Assembly (NCBI GenBank): GCA_937867305.1
Contig: CALMKJ010000156.1
Location: forward strand, 12,011 to 76,010
Length of the DNA stretch: 64,000 nucleotides
Reading direction: 5' to 3'
DNA from: an uncultured Ectothiorhodospiraceae bacterium
GTDB taxonomy: Bacteria; Pseudomonadota; Gammaproteobacteria; JAABTG01
Under the pieces are notes generated by a model that was given only the letters and a program-made list of their open reading frames with translations, was not told the origin of the DNA and did not search any database. Positions 18,079-28,167 of this stretch are shown here, piece by piece; position 1 is the first letter of the stretch, and each line of letters opens with the position of its first letter. Both the position numbers and the translations under genes were made by a program.

Positions 18079-19170
18079 TCAGAAACCGCCGGACAGCCAC
18101 CCGTCCGACCCGTCAGAGTCCTCATCGACGAAGTCGGAGTCGAAACCGTCCGACCTCGTCATCGACAGACACCCGCTCATCGGGTCCGGTTGCACCGACA
18201 ACGCCGCCGCCACCCGGTCCGTGGAGACCTTGTCCTTCGGGTACAGGTCCCGGACCGCAGCGACCACCGACTCCACGTCGCGCAAGTCCAGGTCACGGGC
18301 CACATCCCGGATCCTGCGCCCGATCCGCGGGTCACCGACCCGTTGCCGGATCGCCTCCGCCGCGTCGCGGCGAACCGCCCGGTTCACGTACCTCAACGGG
18401 TCAACCCGGCGCATCGACTCAGGCGTCAGAATCTTCTCCACGATCGCGTCCAGCTTCCCGATCCGGCCTTCGACCCCGTACAGGAAGTCGGTGATCACCG
18501 ACTCCAACGCCACCTCGTCCAACAGCAACCGGTCCGGCATCCCCTGGAACGCACACACCTCGTGCGACACCCCGAAGTGGGCGCGGCGCAACATCAACCG
18601 CACCCTCGGTGCCATCAACGACCGCAGCTCCCACCGGGCCATCTCGCCTTCCTCGGCGATGACGGTCAACCGTTGCCGCAGCACCCGCTCCGGCTCGGTC
18701 ACCACCGACGCGAACACCGGGACCCCGAACTCGTCCTTCTCGACCTGGTCCTCGAAGCCGACGTCGTCGAGGACGACCTTGCACACCCCGGACTCGTCGT
18801 GACCCATCGACAACGTCGACCAGACCAGCTCGGTGTTCTCGGTCAGCACCGCCAACGGCTCCGACCATTCCAGCCGGACCGGCATCGAGAGACGCTCACC
18901 GTTGCGCCCGTTGTCCTTACGCCCCACGTTGATCTTCGAGCACATCCACCCGAACGACTCCGGAACGAACAACCCGCCGGACACCGGCAGGTCACCCTCC
19001 TCGACGAGACGGGCCGCCAACCGGCCCACCACGATCCGGTGCAGCAGCTCGGTCAACGTCCACAACGACGCGTGCCTGCCGTTGACCGCCAACGCGGACA
19101 GGTTCTCGTCGTCCTCCTCGAGGACCCCAGGCTCGTCTAGGTCCAGGGCCTCGACAGGTGCGGTGGTCAT
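18079..19170 (-). CDS. hypothetical protein (363 aa)
   Basis: Track ORF with normal composition; ATGA overlap with the stop of the 19167..21236 gene. Confidence 0.5.
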   Translation of the reverse strand: MTTAPVEALDLDEPGVLEEDDENLSALAVNGRHASLWTLTELLHRIVVGRLAARLVEEGDLPVSGGLFVPESFGWMCSKINVGRKDNGRNGERLSMPVRLEWSEPLAVLTENTELVWSTLSMGHDESGVCKVVLDDVGFEDQVEKDEFGVPVFASVVTEPERVLRQRLTVIAEEGEMARWELRSLMAPRVRLMLRRAHFGVSHEVCAFQGMPDRLLLDEVALESVITDFLYGVEGRIGKLDAIVEKILTPESMRRVDPLRYVNRAVRRDAAEAIRQRVGDPRIGRRIRDVARDLDLRDVESVVAAVRDLYPKDKVSTDRVAAALSVQPDPMSGCLSMTRSDGFDSDFVDEDSDGSDGWLSGGF

Positions 19171-21236
19171 CCGCGTCCGCCGAGGCCGAAGAGCCGACGT
19201 CGTCGACGAGACGGCTGGTCCTGTTCCTCCTGGATCTGCTCAGGAACCTGGAGCCCCGGGAACACGTTGCCGAGCACCGCACCCATGAACTTGGCGAACT
19301 GCGGCACCTCGACCGGCAGGCCGCCGGCGTTCTGCCGCTCCGGGATGGCCGTATCGGCGTAGCAGACCCCCAGGAACACCGAGTGCTCGGAGATCGCGGC
19401 AGCCAAGCCGTCCTGGTAGAAGCTCAGGTTGTTCGGCACCCGGTTCAGGAACGAGAGCTGCCGTTCCCGAGGCACACCGTGCGCGGCGAACTTCTTGAGC
19501 CGCGACAGCGTGTTCGTCACCCCGGACGAGGACACGTCAGTTGAACACATGCCCCACGCGCCGGAGGCCAGCAACGGAAGCAAGAACCGGTCGACCATTC
19601 CGGAGGAGTCCTTCGCCTCCACGATCTGGGTGTCGATGACGACCAGGTCGCACATCGCTCGCGCGTCGGCGACCAGTCGCATGTACACCTCCGGGGTCAC
19701 CACGGACTCGTCGGCTAGGTGCGCCGGCGGTGCCGTGATGAGCCCGAACCGGAGCGGCGTCTGCTTCAGGTCACGCGCCTCGGTCAACGTGACCGGCGAG
19801 ATGAGCGTCTGCCGGATGTCGCCGGTGACCGCGTAGTTGTAGACCGACGGCAGCGACGCCATCCCGATGCGCAGGTAGGTGCGGATGTCGCCCTGGCCCA
19901 TGTTCGCGTCGATGAGGATGACCCGCAGGCCACGTTCGGCGGCGTGCTGAGCCAGAGAGCAGGACGCGGACGTCTTGCCGGTGCCACCTTTCGCGGCCCA
20001 ACTGACCACCACCTGGCCTTGGCCCTGGTCGGGCGAACCGGTGACCAGGTGACCGGTCCGGGACACGGGCACCAGCTCGCCGCCTGGGCTCTGCACGTAC
20101 GGGCCGTCTGTCGACACCCCGCTGTCGCGCGCCTCATGGAGCTGCTGCGTCGCGATAGCGGCGAACACGTCCTCGTCGGGCTCCGGCTCGGTCTCATCGA
20201 CCGGCTGGAGCGGCGGCGCGGTGAACACGGGCTCGACCGGAGAGGGTGCGACGGTGGGTGCCGGCTCCGGCTGAACCTCCTCGCCCGTCGGCGCGGTGAA
20301 CACGGGCACCTTGTCGGGCTCCGGCTCGTCCACGGCAGGCGCGACGAACACCGGGGTCTCCGGTACGGGCTCTACCCACGGGTCCTCGCCGACGGGCTCC
20401 GCCTCCACCGGCGGTGCGGTGAACACCGGCTCCGACTCCGGGTCAGGCTCGACCGGGGGCGCAACGAACACCGGGGTCTCCGGTGCTGGCTCGTCACCCC
20501 ACGGGTCTTCGTCGGAGTGGTGTTCCCCGGCGGCCGGAGCTGTGAACACCGGGTCGGCCGCCGGGGAAGTCTCTGAGTCGTCCTCGACCGGCGGTGCGAC
20601 GAACACCGGCTCCGGGTCGGACGGCACCTCGAACACCGGGTCGTCGACCGGCTCCGGGGCAGGCTGCACCGGCGGCGCGACGAACACCGGGTCGACGGCA
20701 GGAGGCTGGTCGCCCCACGGGTCGTCGACGACAGGCTCCGGCTGCGGTGCGGTCACCGGGACGTACGGGTGCTCCTCGACCGGGGTCGGAGGGGCAGGTG
20801 GAGCAGGAGGAGCCGGCTCCGGTTCGGCGTAGTCGCCGACGAACCCGTCGACCGTGCCCCGCTCGTCGACCTTGAACGCCGCGAACGACGGGTGGACCGC
20901 CCGGTTCGCCAGCGCGAGAAGCTCCGCCAGCGTCATCGGGACGAACGCCTCGATGACCGAGTCGTCGGCGAAGTCGACACCGTCACCGGTCACGGTGCGC
21001 ACCACCACGACCGTCGTCTCGTGCGAGAACCGGGTCGCCCAGGCGCGCAGGCCCGGCCACTTCGAGTCGGCGACGAAGATCGGGAACGACCCGAACTCGT
21101 CGGTGGCGGCCCGGATGTTGGTCGCGGTCGCCTTGTAGTCATCGGCGGTGATGACGGTGTACCCGGCCGCCGTCAAGGCGGCGGCCAGCGACGGGAGTCG
21201 CATCACGCCGATCATGTGGGCTGACGTTGTGTTCAC
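19167..21236 (-). CDS. TadZ/CpaE/ParA-family P-loop ATPase with an N-terminal receiver-like domain and a long Pro/Glu/Val-rich linker
   Basis: Deviant Walker A VVVSWAAKGGTGKTSAS... characteristic of the ParA/MinD/CpaE family. The N-terminal about 100 aa have a CheY-like alternating pattern, and about 200 aa of PEPV-type repeats follow. GTG start lies 6 nt after class-2 motif GTGGCACAGG. Confidence 0.55.
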   Translation of the reverse strand: MNTTSAHMIGVMRLPSLAAALTAAGYTVITADDYKATATNIRAATDEFGSFPIFVADSKWPGLRAWATRFSHETTVVVVRTVTGDGVDFADDSVIEAFVPMTLAELLALANRAVHPSFAAFKVDERGTVDGFVGDYAEPEPAPPAPPAPPTPVEEHPYVPVTAPQPEPVVDDPWGDQPPAVDPVFVAPPVQPAPEPVDDPVFEVPSDPEPVFVAPPVEDDSETSPAADPVFTAPAAGEHHSDEDPWGDEPAPETPVFVAPPVEPDPESEPVFTAPPVEAEPVGEDPWVEPVPETPVFVAPAVDEPEPDKVPVFTAPTGEEVQPEPAPTVAPSPVEPVFTAPPLQPVDETEPEPDEDVFAAIATQQLHEARDSGVSTDGPYVQSPGGELVPVSRTGHLVTGSPDQGQGQVVVSWAAKGGTGKTSASCSLAQHAAERGLRVILIDANMGQGDIRTYLRIGMASLPSVYNYAVTGDIRQTLISPVTLTEARDLKQTPLRFGLITAPPAHLADESVVTPEVYMRLVADARAMCDLVVIDTQIVEAKDSSGMVDRFLLPLLASGAWGMCSTDVSSSGVTNTLSRLKKFAAHGVPRERQLSFLNRVPNNLSFYQDGLAAAISEHSVFLGVCYADTAIPERQNAGGLPVEVPQFAKFMGAVLGNVFPGLQVPEQIQEEQDQPSRRRRRLFGLGGRG

Positions 21237-21322
21237 GCCGTCCCTGTGCCACACCCCGTCCACGAGGTGGCCAGAAACGATGGTGCGGAGGTAAAACCGC
21301 AGGTCAGAGCCGGTTCAGGAGG

Positions 21323-22006
21323 TCAGTCGGTGCCGACCCCCGCCCGGGTCAACACGCGCGAACGCCACACCGAGATCTCGGCGTACGACAGCGAACCGGG
21401 GGCGGACTGCCACTCGTCCAGGTCGTGCAGCTCGGGCCGGACCCGCGCCCACTCCTCCTCGGTGAGCCTGCGCCCCAGGTGGTCCTCGAACGAGCCGCGT
21501 CCCTGGTAGGAGACCGCAAGACCCGACTCGTCGGCGAGCTGGAGCAGGTCGGCAACCGCTGACGCGTGCCCGGTCTGCGCCCGGTCTTCGACATGAGACA
21601 GGAACATCCGGCCGGCCGGAGCGTCCAACGAGTCCTGGACCGCGTCCTTGATCCTGGCCTGGAGAGCTTTGCCGTAGAGGTAGACGGCGTCGAACTCGCC
21701 GTTGGCCGTACTCCACTCCTCGGTGTCCGCCATGTCGGTGCGCCAACCACGCCAGAACGTCGCGACCCGGTCGCCGGTGAGGATCTGGGTGGCGATCTCG
21801 CCGTCGTCGGTGAACCCGACCTTGAACGTCGGCTCCGGCAGATGCTCAGGCCACGAGGGAAGGCCGGCAGCCAGGAGAGGGCTCACCGGGCGTCCCGTGA
21901 CCAACGGAGCCGGTTTGACCAACGGCACCCCGGACTCGTCACGGTGCTGCTCGGCGAACCTGCCGTCACCGCCGTGTAGGCGACCGTTCGCGTCAAGGAT
22001 GCTCAT
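21323..22006 (-). CDS. hypothetical protein (227 aa)
   Basis: Track ORF, normal composition. Confidence 0.45.
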   Translation of the reverse strand: MSILDANGRLHGGDGRFAEQHRDESGVPLVKPAPLVTGRPVSPLLAAGLPSWPEHLPEPTFKVGFTDDGEIATQILTGDRVATFWRGWRTDMADTEEWSTANGEFDAVYLYGKALQARIKDAVQDSLDAPAGRMFLSHVEDRAQTGHASAVADLLQLADESGLAVSYQGRGSFEDHLGRRLTEEEWARVRPELHDLDEWQSAPGSLSYAEISVWRSRVLTRAGVGTD

Positions 22007-22067
22007 GCCCCGCCGGTGTGCGGGGGTTCGAGCAGGTGATCCCCGGGTCTCTCAGTTGCCCGGGCGG

Positions 22068-23036
22068 CTACTCGTCGTCGTCATCCTCGAGGTACGCGTC
22101 GCCGGCCAGGTCCCGGTAGGCGTCCGCCGGGATGTGGCTCAACCCGCGCAGGCTCGACTCCGTCGCGATCGGCTTGCCGGTGTTCACCCGGTCCGCCTTG
22201 GACATCCACTCGAACCCGACCGTGTGCGCGAACCCGTCATCGTCGCCACCCAGGTACTGGCGCCGGCGATGCACCAGCCACTGCACCGCCTGGCCCGCGG
22301 TCTTCAACAGCGACTCCCCGACCGTGTCGGTCGTGGCCGAGCTCAGGAAGGCCAGCATCAGGTGGTGGCACACCTCGGACAGCACGAACTGCATGGTCCG
22401 GGCGTCAGCGGACGCGAACCCGACGAGTGCCGCGGACAACGGGGCCAGGTTGACCGTCAACGACGCCATCTCCCGTGACGCGGACGGGTCGACCACATCG
22501 AGCGGCACCAGGTCGAGCGCGTCCGTGCGAGTACCGAACACTCGAGGCTGATGGCCGGGCAGCCCGACGATAGTCGCGCCGGTGTCCTCGGGCAACGGAG
22601 CCGCCCCCGCCCACACGAGCTTGCGGTCCGGGTCGCCGGACGGATGGTCCGAAGCCACCTGGTCCAGGTCGATGGTCGCCGACAAGCACGTCCACGGGTC
22701 GTCGCGAGGCAGGCTGCCGGACAGGTCGGTGAGCAGGCCGGCGAAGTACGCGCACGCCCAGTCACGGTTGCGGTTGATGAACGCCGCCATCGCCTGGTCG
22801 GTCTGCGACCTGTCGGCGGTACGCAGCAGCGGTTCGCTCAACGTCACGACCCAACGAGCCACCTCGACCCTGCGGTCGGCCGGCTGCCCGGGACCGGGGA
22901 CCGCTGAGAGCCGTGGACGTGGCACGTCTTTCACCGGCTCCGTGACGAGCGGCTGGGTCACCATGAGTCCTCCCGTGGATGTGCCCTCACCGGGGGGACG
23001 GTTTCCAGGTTCGTCGTGTTGCTCGTCGTTGCTCAT
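22068..23036 (-). CDS. hypothetical protein (about 322 aa)
   Basis: Internal ATG (MSNDEQHDEPGN...) of track ORF 22068..23345, preceded by GGTGCACG and a 7-bp hairpin (CCCACCC-GAAC-GGGTGGG); the upstream part of the ORF is low-complexity. Confidence 0.45.
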   Translation of the reverse strand: MSNDEQHDEPGNRPPGEGTSTGGLMVTQPLVTEPVKDVPRPRLSAVPGPGQPADRRVEVARWVVTLSEPLLRTADRSQTDQAMAAFINRNRDWACAYFAGLLTDLSGSLPRDDPWTCLSATIDLDQVASDHPSGDPDRKLVWAGAAPLPEDTGATIVGLPGHQPRVFGTRTDALDLVPLDVVDPSASREMASLTVNLAPLSAALVGFASADARTMQFVLSEVCHHLMLAFLSSATTDTVGESLLKTAGQAVQWLVHRRRQYLGGDDDGFAHTVGFEWMSKADRVNTGKPIATESSLRGLSHIPADAYRDLAGDAYLEDDDDE

Positions 23037-23459
23037 CGTGCACCCACCCGAACGGGTGGGTTGGATCCGTGACCGGCCGCCGACGTCCCGGCAACGGGTG
23101 TCGAATGTGGCACCTTCTGTCCCTCCAGTGGCCCTGACGGATGCCTTGCGAGGCAAGCTCATGGCGGGATGGTTGTCTGTCGTTTCGCTGACCGAGTGAC
23201 CTTCGTGGGTCCGAGCCCGGAGGCCACACGGTGCACGGGAGCATACTCCGGTCCGCGGTCCGCGGTCCGCCGGGAGTGGTCCGCTGGTTTGGTGTGGCGC
23301 GTCGCACCCGATCCGGTCGTGAGGTGTAAACAGACGCAAACGCAAGCAAACGCACGCATCTGTACGTAACTGGTCTCAACCACACACAAGACGATGCGAA
23401 CGTGGTCAGCCGGGGTCTACCGGGGTGCTCCTCCGCCAAAGTCAGATGAGGTCTCGACG

Positions 23460-23890
23460 GTGCTCGTGGCCAACTCCGTGCTGCTTTGCCACTTTGCCAC
23501 GATTGGCCCGACCGAAGTGGCGAACAGCTCCAAGCCCCTGACCTGCGGAAACAGTCCCCAGACGGGGTCGTTTTGCCAGTCTTGCCAGTTTGCCACCCGG
23601 TGGGGGATACACATATGAGGGGGAGGTATATACCTGCACCTGTGGGTATACACCTATGAGACCCCATACGTACTACTACCTCTACCTAAAGTGGTAAGAG
23701 ATCTCTACATACCTACTAAAAGGGCCTCTGACCTGCGGAAACGTGTTTGCCACTTTTTTCGGCCGTTCGTGACAAAGTGGCAAGATCCGGGGTGCTGAGC
23801 GTAAAGAACAGCCCAGAAACCGGGGGTTCTTGCCACGAACCGTTCTCGCTCGTGGCAAGACCCGGCCACCCGACTGGTGTGTGGTGGCAC
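23460..23890. repeat. putative replication origin / divergent control region: multiple direct and inverted TTGCCAC repeats, duplicated GACCTGCGGAAAC, and a locally AT-rich segment with GGTATA(T/C)ACC repeats
   Basis: tttgccactttgccacg, ttttgccagtcttgccagtttgccac, gtttgccactttttt/gacaaagtggcaaga (inverted), and cttgccacgaaccgttctcgctcgtggcaag (inverted). A relatively AT-rich segment (about 23600..23740) is unusual for this high-GC window. The region lies between divergent operons, directly upstream of the primase-helicase gene. Confidence 0.4.
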
Positions 23891-23899
23891 AGGGTGAAC

Positions 23900-26800
23900 A
23901 TGACCGACGACACCCAGCGCCCCGACCAGCACACCGACAAGGCTGCGACGGAGCCCACCTCTCCCCCAGCCGTCACCCCTGACGACCACGACGCCACCGC
24001 CAACGCTCTGGCCGAGGAAGTGAAGGAGCGGCTCGCCCGAGTCGAGTCCGACACCCGCAGCCTCGAAGGCGACCTGGACGAGATGCTGAAGTGGCCCCAG
24101 CCGTGGGCCATCGCCGACTACGTCCCGTCCGGGGTGTTCGGCAAAGGAGCCAAGAAGCTCTCCGAGAGCTACGTCGCCCCGCTGGTCGCCGCCGCTCGCG
24201 GGTACCGGGAGTTCGACGAGTCCAACGTGGCCGACATCGGTCCCGCGTTCGGGATGACCGACCGTCGCTCTCAGCAGATGCGACGCGTCTACGACGCGGC
24301 CGGACGCTCCGGCGTGCTCATGATGCCTTGGTTCGCCGTCGACACCGTGGTCGCCGCGGAGACCCGCGCCGGCGCAGCCAAGCACGACTCGGTCCAGTTC
24401 CGCCCCGGCACCCTGCCGCCGGAAGTCGAAGGGGTCAAGCAGCGCAAGTACGAGTTCGTCTCAGGCGACCAGACCCCCATCGCGGTCCACCCGTCCATCC
24501 CCGCATCCTGGATCGAAGCCTCCGGGAAGGTCCTGCTCGCCGAAGGGCTCCTCAAAGGCGACGCGGCCCTGACCGGGTACCTGCTCGACCACGGGTTCAC
24601 CAAGGACGAGCTGTCGTACGACGGTGACGGGGACGCACGCAAGCGTCTCACCGCGATGCTGAACACGATCCCCGACGACGAGCGCTTGACGATCTTCACC
24701 ATGGCGGGCGTGTGGAACTGGAAGCAGAACCACGAATGGAACGCGCTGCGGCTCATAGACCGCGAGGTGTGGCTCGGGGTCGACGGCGACGTCGCCACCA
24801 AGCCGGGCGTCTACAAGGCCACCCACGCCCTGTGGAACTACCTGACCGAGAAGAAGAAGGCGGACGTCAAGCTCCTGTCGCCGGTCATCTCGATCGAGAA
24901 CAGCCACGGTGAGACCGACAAGGTCGGCATCGACGACTACCTGGCCAAGTACGGGACCTGGTCCCAGCTCCTCGGGTGCCTGGCCGACGTGCTGCCCCCG
25001 CAGCCGGCCGACCTGCAAGCCGAGAAGGGCGAGGCCCGGATCGACTCGGACGGCTGCTCGTCGTCGCGGTACGTCATCACCGAGGAAGACTCGGTGACCG
25101 GCAAGGCACTCGACGGCAGGTGGGTGCCGTTCCTGCCGATCGGTGGACGCATCCACGCGATGGTCGCCGACCGGATCCCGACCGACAAAGAGCTCAGCAC
25201 CGGGGCGTTCGGTGCCGACGTGAGCGAAGACTCCATCTCCTGGAACGTCGAGATCGAGATCCGGTTCCGCAACGGGGTCGGTGAGGTCGAGTCGTACATG
25301 GTCTCCGGCCCCCACCACATCTTGAACTTCCTGCCCGAGAAGTGGCACGACAAGGGAGCCCACATCCCCGGCCCGGTCATGGTCCACCCTGAATGGCCTC
25401 CGCGCGGCAAGGACGCCGAGTCGTGGGTGAAGGCGGTCAAGTCGTACGCGCCGGAGCGGATGGTGCGCCGCACCCGGTGGGCGTGCATGGGCTGGGTCCC
25501 GGTGCCCGGCGGGGTCCCCGTCTACGTCGCCGGCAACCACGTCATCGGCGGCTCCGACGCCGAGTCGGACAACGAGGAGGTGCTGCCCGGTGTGACCGAC
25601 GACCTGTTGGAGCGTGCCGCGGCGTTCGGTGCCGGACCCGACTCCGGTCTCACGTTCGACTCCCAGGAGTACCGCGAGGAGGTCCGGGTCGCGATCGAGG
25701 CGGTCATGAAGGCGTACGTGACCAACAACGTGTGGACGAACCGGGCGAACGCCGCCGTGGTCGTGGCCGCCGGACTGCGCCCGGCACTGCCGATCCGGCC
25801 GAAGGCTGTCATGTACTTCGTCGGCCCGAAAGGCACCGGCAAGACGTTCTCCGGCAACGCCGTCATCGCGTTCTGGCAGTCCGCCCCCGGTTCGCTCATC
25901 CCGGTTCCGGGGTCCGCGAAAGACACCTACGCCTCGATGGAGCTGAACACGGCCAGGTCCAACATCTGGGTGGTCGACGACCTGGCGCCTGCGTCGTCGC
26001 GCCGGCAGTCCGAGGACGAGAAGGACAAGATCGGTTCCCTCATCCGCAACACGTTCAACGGTGCCGCCAGGGGCCGGTCGAACGCCAACATGGAGTCGCG
26101 GAAGAAGAACAACCCGCGGGCGCTGCTCGTCATCACCGCTGAGAACGAGCCGACGGTGTCCTCCGAACTGGACCGGCTCGTGCTGTGCGACATCGGGTAC
26201 CGGTCGCTGAACCCCGAGACGTGGCCCACCGACGCGCTTCGCGACATGGTCGAGTCCGGCGGGCGACCCGGTGCCGGTGCACCGGCCCTGGTGTCCCAGG
26301 CGATGGTGAAGTACCTGCGCTGGTGCGCGGCCCAGCCTGGGTCGTCGTGGGCGTCGGTGTACGAGCAGGTGCAGCAGTCACGTGCCACCGTCGAAGGTCA
26401 GGCCAAGCTGGCGTTGGAGACCCTCGGTGGTCGTCCGCGTCACGCGGACCTGTCCGCCGACCTGACGTTGTCCTTCCACTGGCTGCGCAGGATCGCGATC
26501 GAGGTCGGGTGCTCTGATGAGGTACTGCGGTTGCTCAACTCCGTCGACGGTCTGCCGAACGACGTGATCGGCCTGGTCGGTACCACTGCTCGGGAGAACC
26601 AGGAGACCTCGCCGGGTCGCGCCCTGGTCAACGCGATCACGTCGGTGCTGCGACGCGGACGCGCCCACATCGTGTCCGCGGACGACCCGTCGGTGCCGCC
26701 GTGCGACCCCGAGACCGAGCGCAACCAGTTGTCCGCGCTCGGCTGGGTCAGCAACGGAGGCAACAACAAGGACTGGCGGCCTGCGCACGGTTCGGAGCCG

Positions 26801-27112
26801 ATCGGGTGGCTGGTGCGGGAGAAAGGCGAGCCGGTCATCATCTTCGACCCGCACTCGGCGTTCCTGATCGCCCAGCAGCACAGCAGTCTCATCCCGCACG
26901 GTCAGGGCCAGCGCATGTCGTGGGCCTCGGTCACCGGTGAAGGGCTCGGCATCGAAGACATGCTGCGTACCGACAAGTCCGGCAAGCGCATCAACTCAGC
27001 CCGGAAGACGACGAACGGGACGCTCTACATGGGGTACCCGGTGGCGTTGAGCCAGATCCTGGACGGCGGCGCGACCCGTGACATCGACGGCGAAGACGAG
27101 GACGACGACTGA
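23900..27112 (+). CDS. replicative primase-helicase (TOPRIM-type primase domain fused to a P-loop, SF3/D5-like helicase domain)
   Basis: TOPRIM-like VWLGVDGDVATKPGVYKA (DxD); Walker A MYFVGPKGTGKTFSG; Walker B-like IWVVDDLAP. Start is the ATG of MTDDTQ, 6 nt after class-2 motif GTGGTGGCACAGG. Confidence 0.6.
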   Translation: MTDDTQRPDQHTDKAATEPTSPPAVTPDDHDATANALAEEVKERLARVESDTRSLEGDLDEMLKWPQPWAIADYVPSGVFGKGAKKLSESYVAPLVAAARGYREFDESNVADIGPAFGMTDRRSQQMRRVYDAAGRSGVLMMPWFAVDTVVAAETRAGAAKHDSVQFRPGTLPPEVEGVKQRKYEFVSGDQTPIAVHPSIPASWIEASGKVLLAEGLLKGDAALTGYLLDHGFTKDELSYDGDGDARKRLTAMLNTIPDDERLTIFTMAGVWNWKQNHEWNALRLIDREVWLGVDGDVATKPGVYKATHALWNYLTEKKKADVKLLSPVISIENSHGETDKVGIDDYLAKYGTWSQLLGCLADVLPPQPADLQAEKGEARIDSDGCSSSRYVITEEDSVTGKALDGRWVPFLPIGGRIHAMVADRIPTDKELSTGAFGADVSEDSISWNVEIEIRFRNGVGEVESYMVSGPHHILNFLPEKWHDKGAHIPGPVMVHPEWPPRGKDAESWVKAVKSYAPERMVRRTRWACMGWVPVPGGVPVYVAGNHVIGGSDAESDNEEVLPGVTDDLLERAAAFGAGPDSGLTFDSQEYREEVRVAIEAVMKAYVTNNVWTNRANAAVVVAAGLRPALPIRPKAVMYFVGPKGTGKTFSGNAVIAFWQSAPGSLIPVPGSAKDTYASMELNTARSNIWVVDDLAPASSRRQSEDEKDKIGSLIRNTFNGAARGRSNANMESRKKNNPRALLVITAENEPTVSSELDRLVLCDIGYRSLNPETWPTDALRDMVESGGRPGAGAPALVSQAMVKYLRWCAAQPGSSWASVYEQVQQSRATVEGQAKLALETLGGRPRHADLSADLTLSFHWLRRIAIEVGCSDEVLRLLNSVDGLPNDVIGLVGTTARENQETSPGRALVNAITSVLRRGRAHIVSADDPSVPPCDPETERNQLSALGWVSNGGNNKDWRPAHGSEPIGWLVREKGEPVIIFDPHSAFLIAQQHSSLIPHGQGQRMSWASVTGEGLGIEDMLRTDKSGKRINSARKTTNGTLYMGYPVALSQILDGGATRDIDGEDEDDD

Positions 27113-27122
27113 GCGGCCCGAT

Positions 27123-27152
27123 AACCCCACCCTGGGTGAGCAGGGTGGGGTT
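27123..27152 (+). terminator. intrinsic-terminator-like hairpin after the primase-helicase gene
   Basis: Perfect 12-bp stem AACCCCACCCTG-ggtgag-CAGGGTGGGGTT about 10 nt after the stop codon; no U-tract, as is common in actinobacteria. Confidence 0.4.
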
Positions 27153-27356
27153 ACAGCCTTCGTCGACCCCCGTCAGAGGACCAGCTCTGGCTTGACGTCC
27201 CAGCTCTCGGGCACCGCGACGCCATAGGCGGGATTGTAGGGCTCTGTCTATGGATCGGACACCTGCGCCGCCCAGTGATCGCATGCCGCACAGGTGCGCC
27301 GCGGACCAGGCGGCTGCGCATGGTGTGCGGTGAGAAGCCGACTGGAAGGTACGGAC

Positions 27357-27800
27357 GTGACAACGGTGAAGAACGGCACACCACCGGCCGGGTGGTACGC
27401 CACCGCCGAAGGAAGCCACGAACGCTACTGGGACGGTGAAGAGTGGTCGGCACCACGCCGGCGGGTCGTTCACGTGGTCACCCACCCGCAACCGGAACCG
27501 GACGCCGGGTCGGTCGCTATGCCCGGTCACGTGTACCGGGACCTGCCGAAGTACGCCACGGTCCCGCCGTTCGTGATCGCTGCTGAGGTGTTCCATTCGG
27601 CGTTGGGCAAGTCGGGGGTACCTGGCGCCACGCACCGGGCGACGTTCCGCGGAGGACCCCGGTCGGCGTGGCACGGTGCCGGGTTCGCTTGGTTGGCGGC
27701 ACTGTGGCCGGCGCTGTGCACGATGACGTTGCTCGTGTTGGACGCGGCCGGTGTCGCCCAGTTGGGTCCCAGGGTCCTGTGGGCGGCGTACGCCGTGTGA
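27357..27800 (+). CDS. DUF2510-type membrane protein (GWY...RYWDG..W N-terminal motif plus TM segments)
   Basis: GTG start with GGAAGG RBS; PPAGWYATAEGSHERYWDGEEWSAP motif; ends at a TGA that is in frame with the next ORF. Confidence 0.45.
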   Translation: MTTVKNGTPPAGWYATAEGSHERYWDGEEWSAPRRRVVHVVTHPQPEPDAGSVAMPGHVYRDLPKYATVPPFVIAAEVFHSALGKSGVPGATHRATFRGGPRSAWHGAGFAWLAALWPALCTMTLLVLDAAGVAQLGPRVLWAAYAV

Positions 27801-27827
27801 GTCCTGTTCGCGTTCGCCGACATCGCC

Positions 27828-28115
27828 GTGGTTCGCCGGCTGCGTGCCCGCGGCCCGTTGCGTCCCGGGTCGGACCCGCCGCCGAAGCTGTCGTGGGTGT
27901 GGGGCCTGGTGCCACCGGTGGCGATCCTGGCTCGCACGAGGGCCGCTCATTCGACCCGGCTGATCCCGTTCGTGCTGTACTGCGCGATCGCGTACCCGGT
28001 CGTGTGGTTCATGCCGGAAGAGTGGGTGTCTGCAGTCGCCGGGTCGGTGAACGGTCTGTCTTCTGGTGCCGCGGCCGCCATCGAGACGTTCATGCAGGCC
28101 ATCGGCATCAACTGA
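27828..28115 (+). CDS. membrane protein (95 aa), same frame as 27357..27800 and separated only by one TGA
   Basis: Track ORF; hydrophobic; possible separate gene, or the C-terminal part of a disrupted or recoded upstream gene. Confidence 0.3.
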   Translation: MVRRLRARGPLRPGSDPPPKLSWVWGLVPPVAILARTRAAHSTRLIPFVLYCAIAYPVVWFMPEEWVSAVAGSVNGLSSGAAAAIETFMQAIGIN

Positions 28116-28167
28116 CACCCCAGTGGCCCGGGTGCACGTACCTCGTCATCCCGCACACAGGTGCTTC

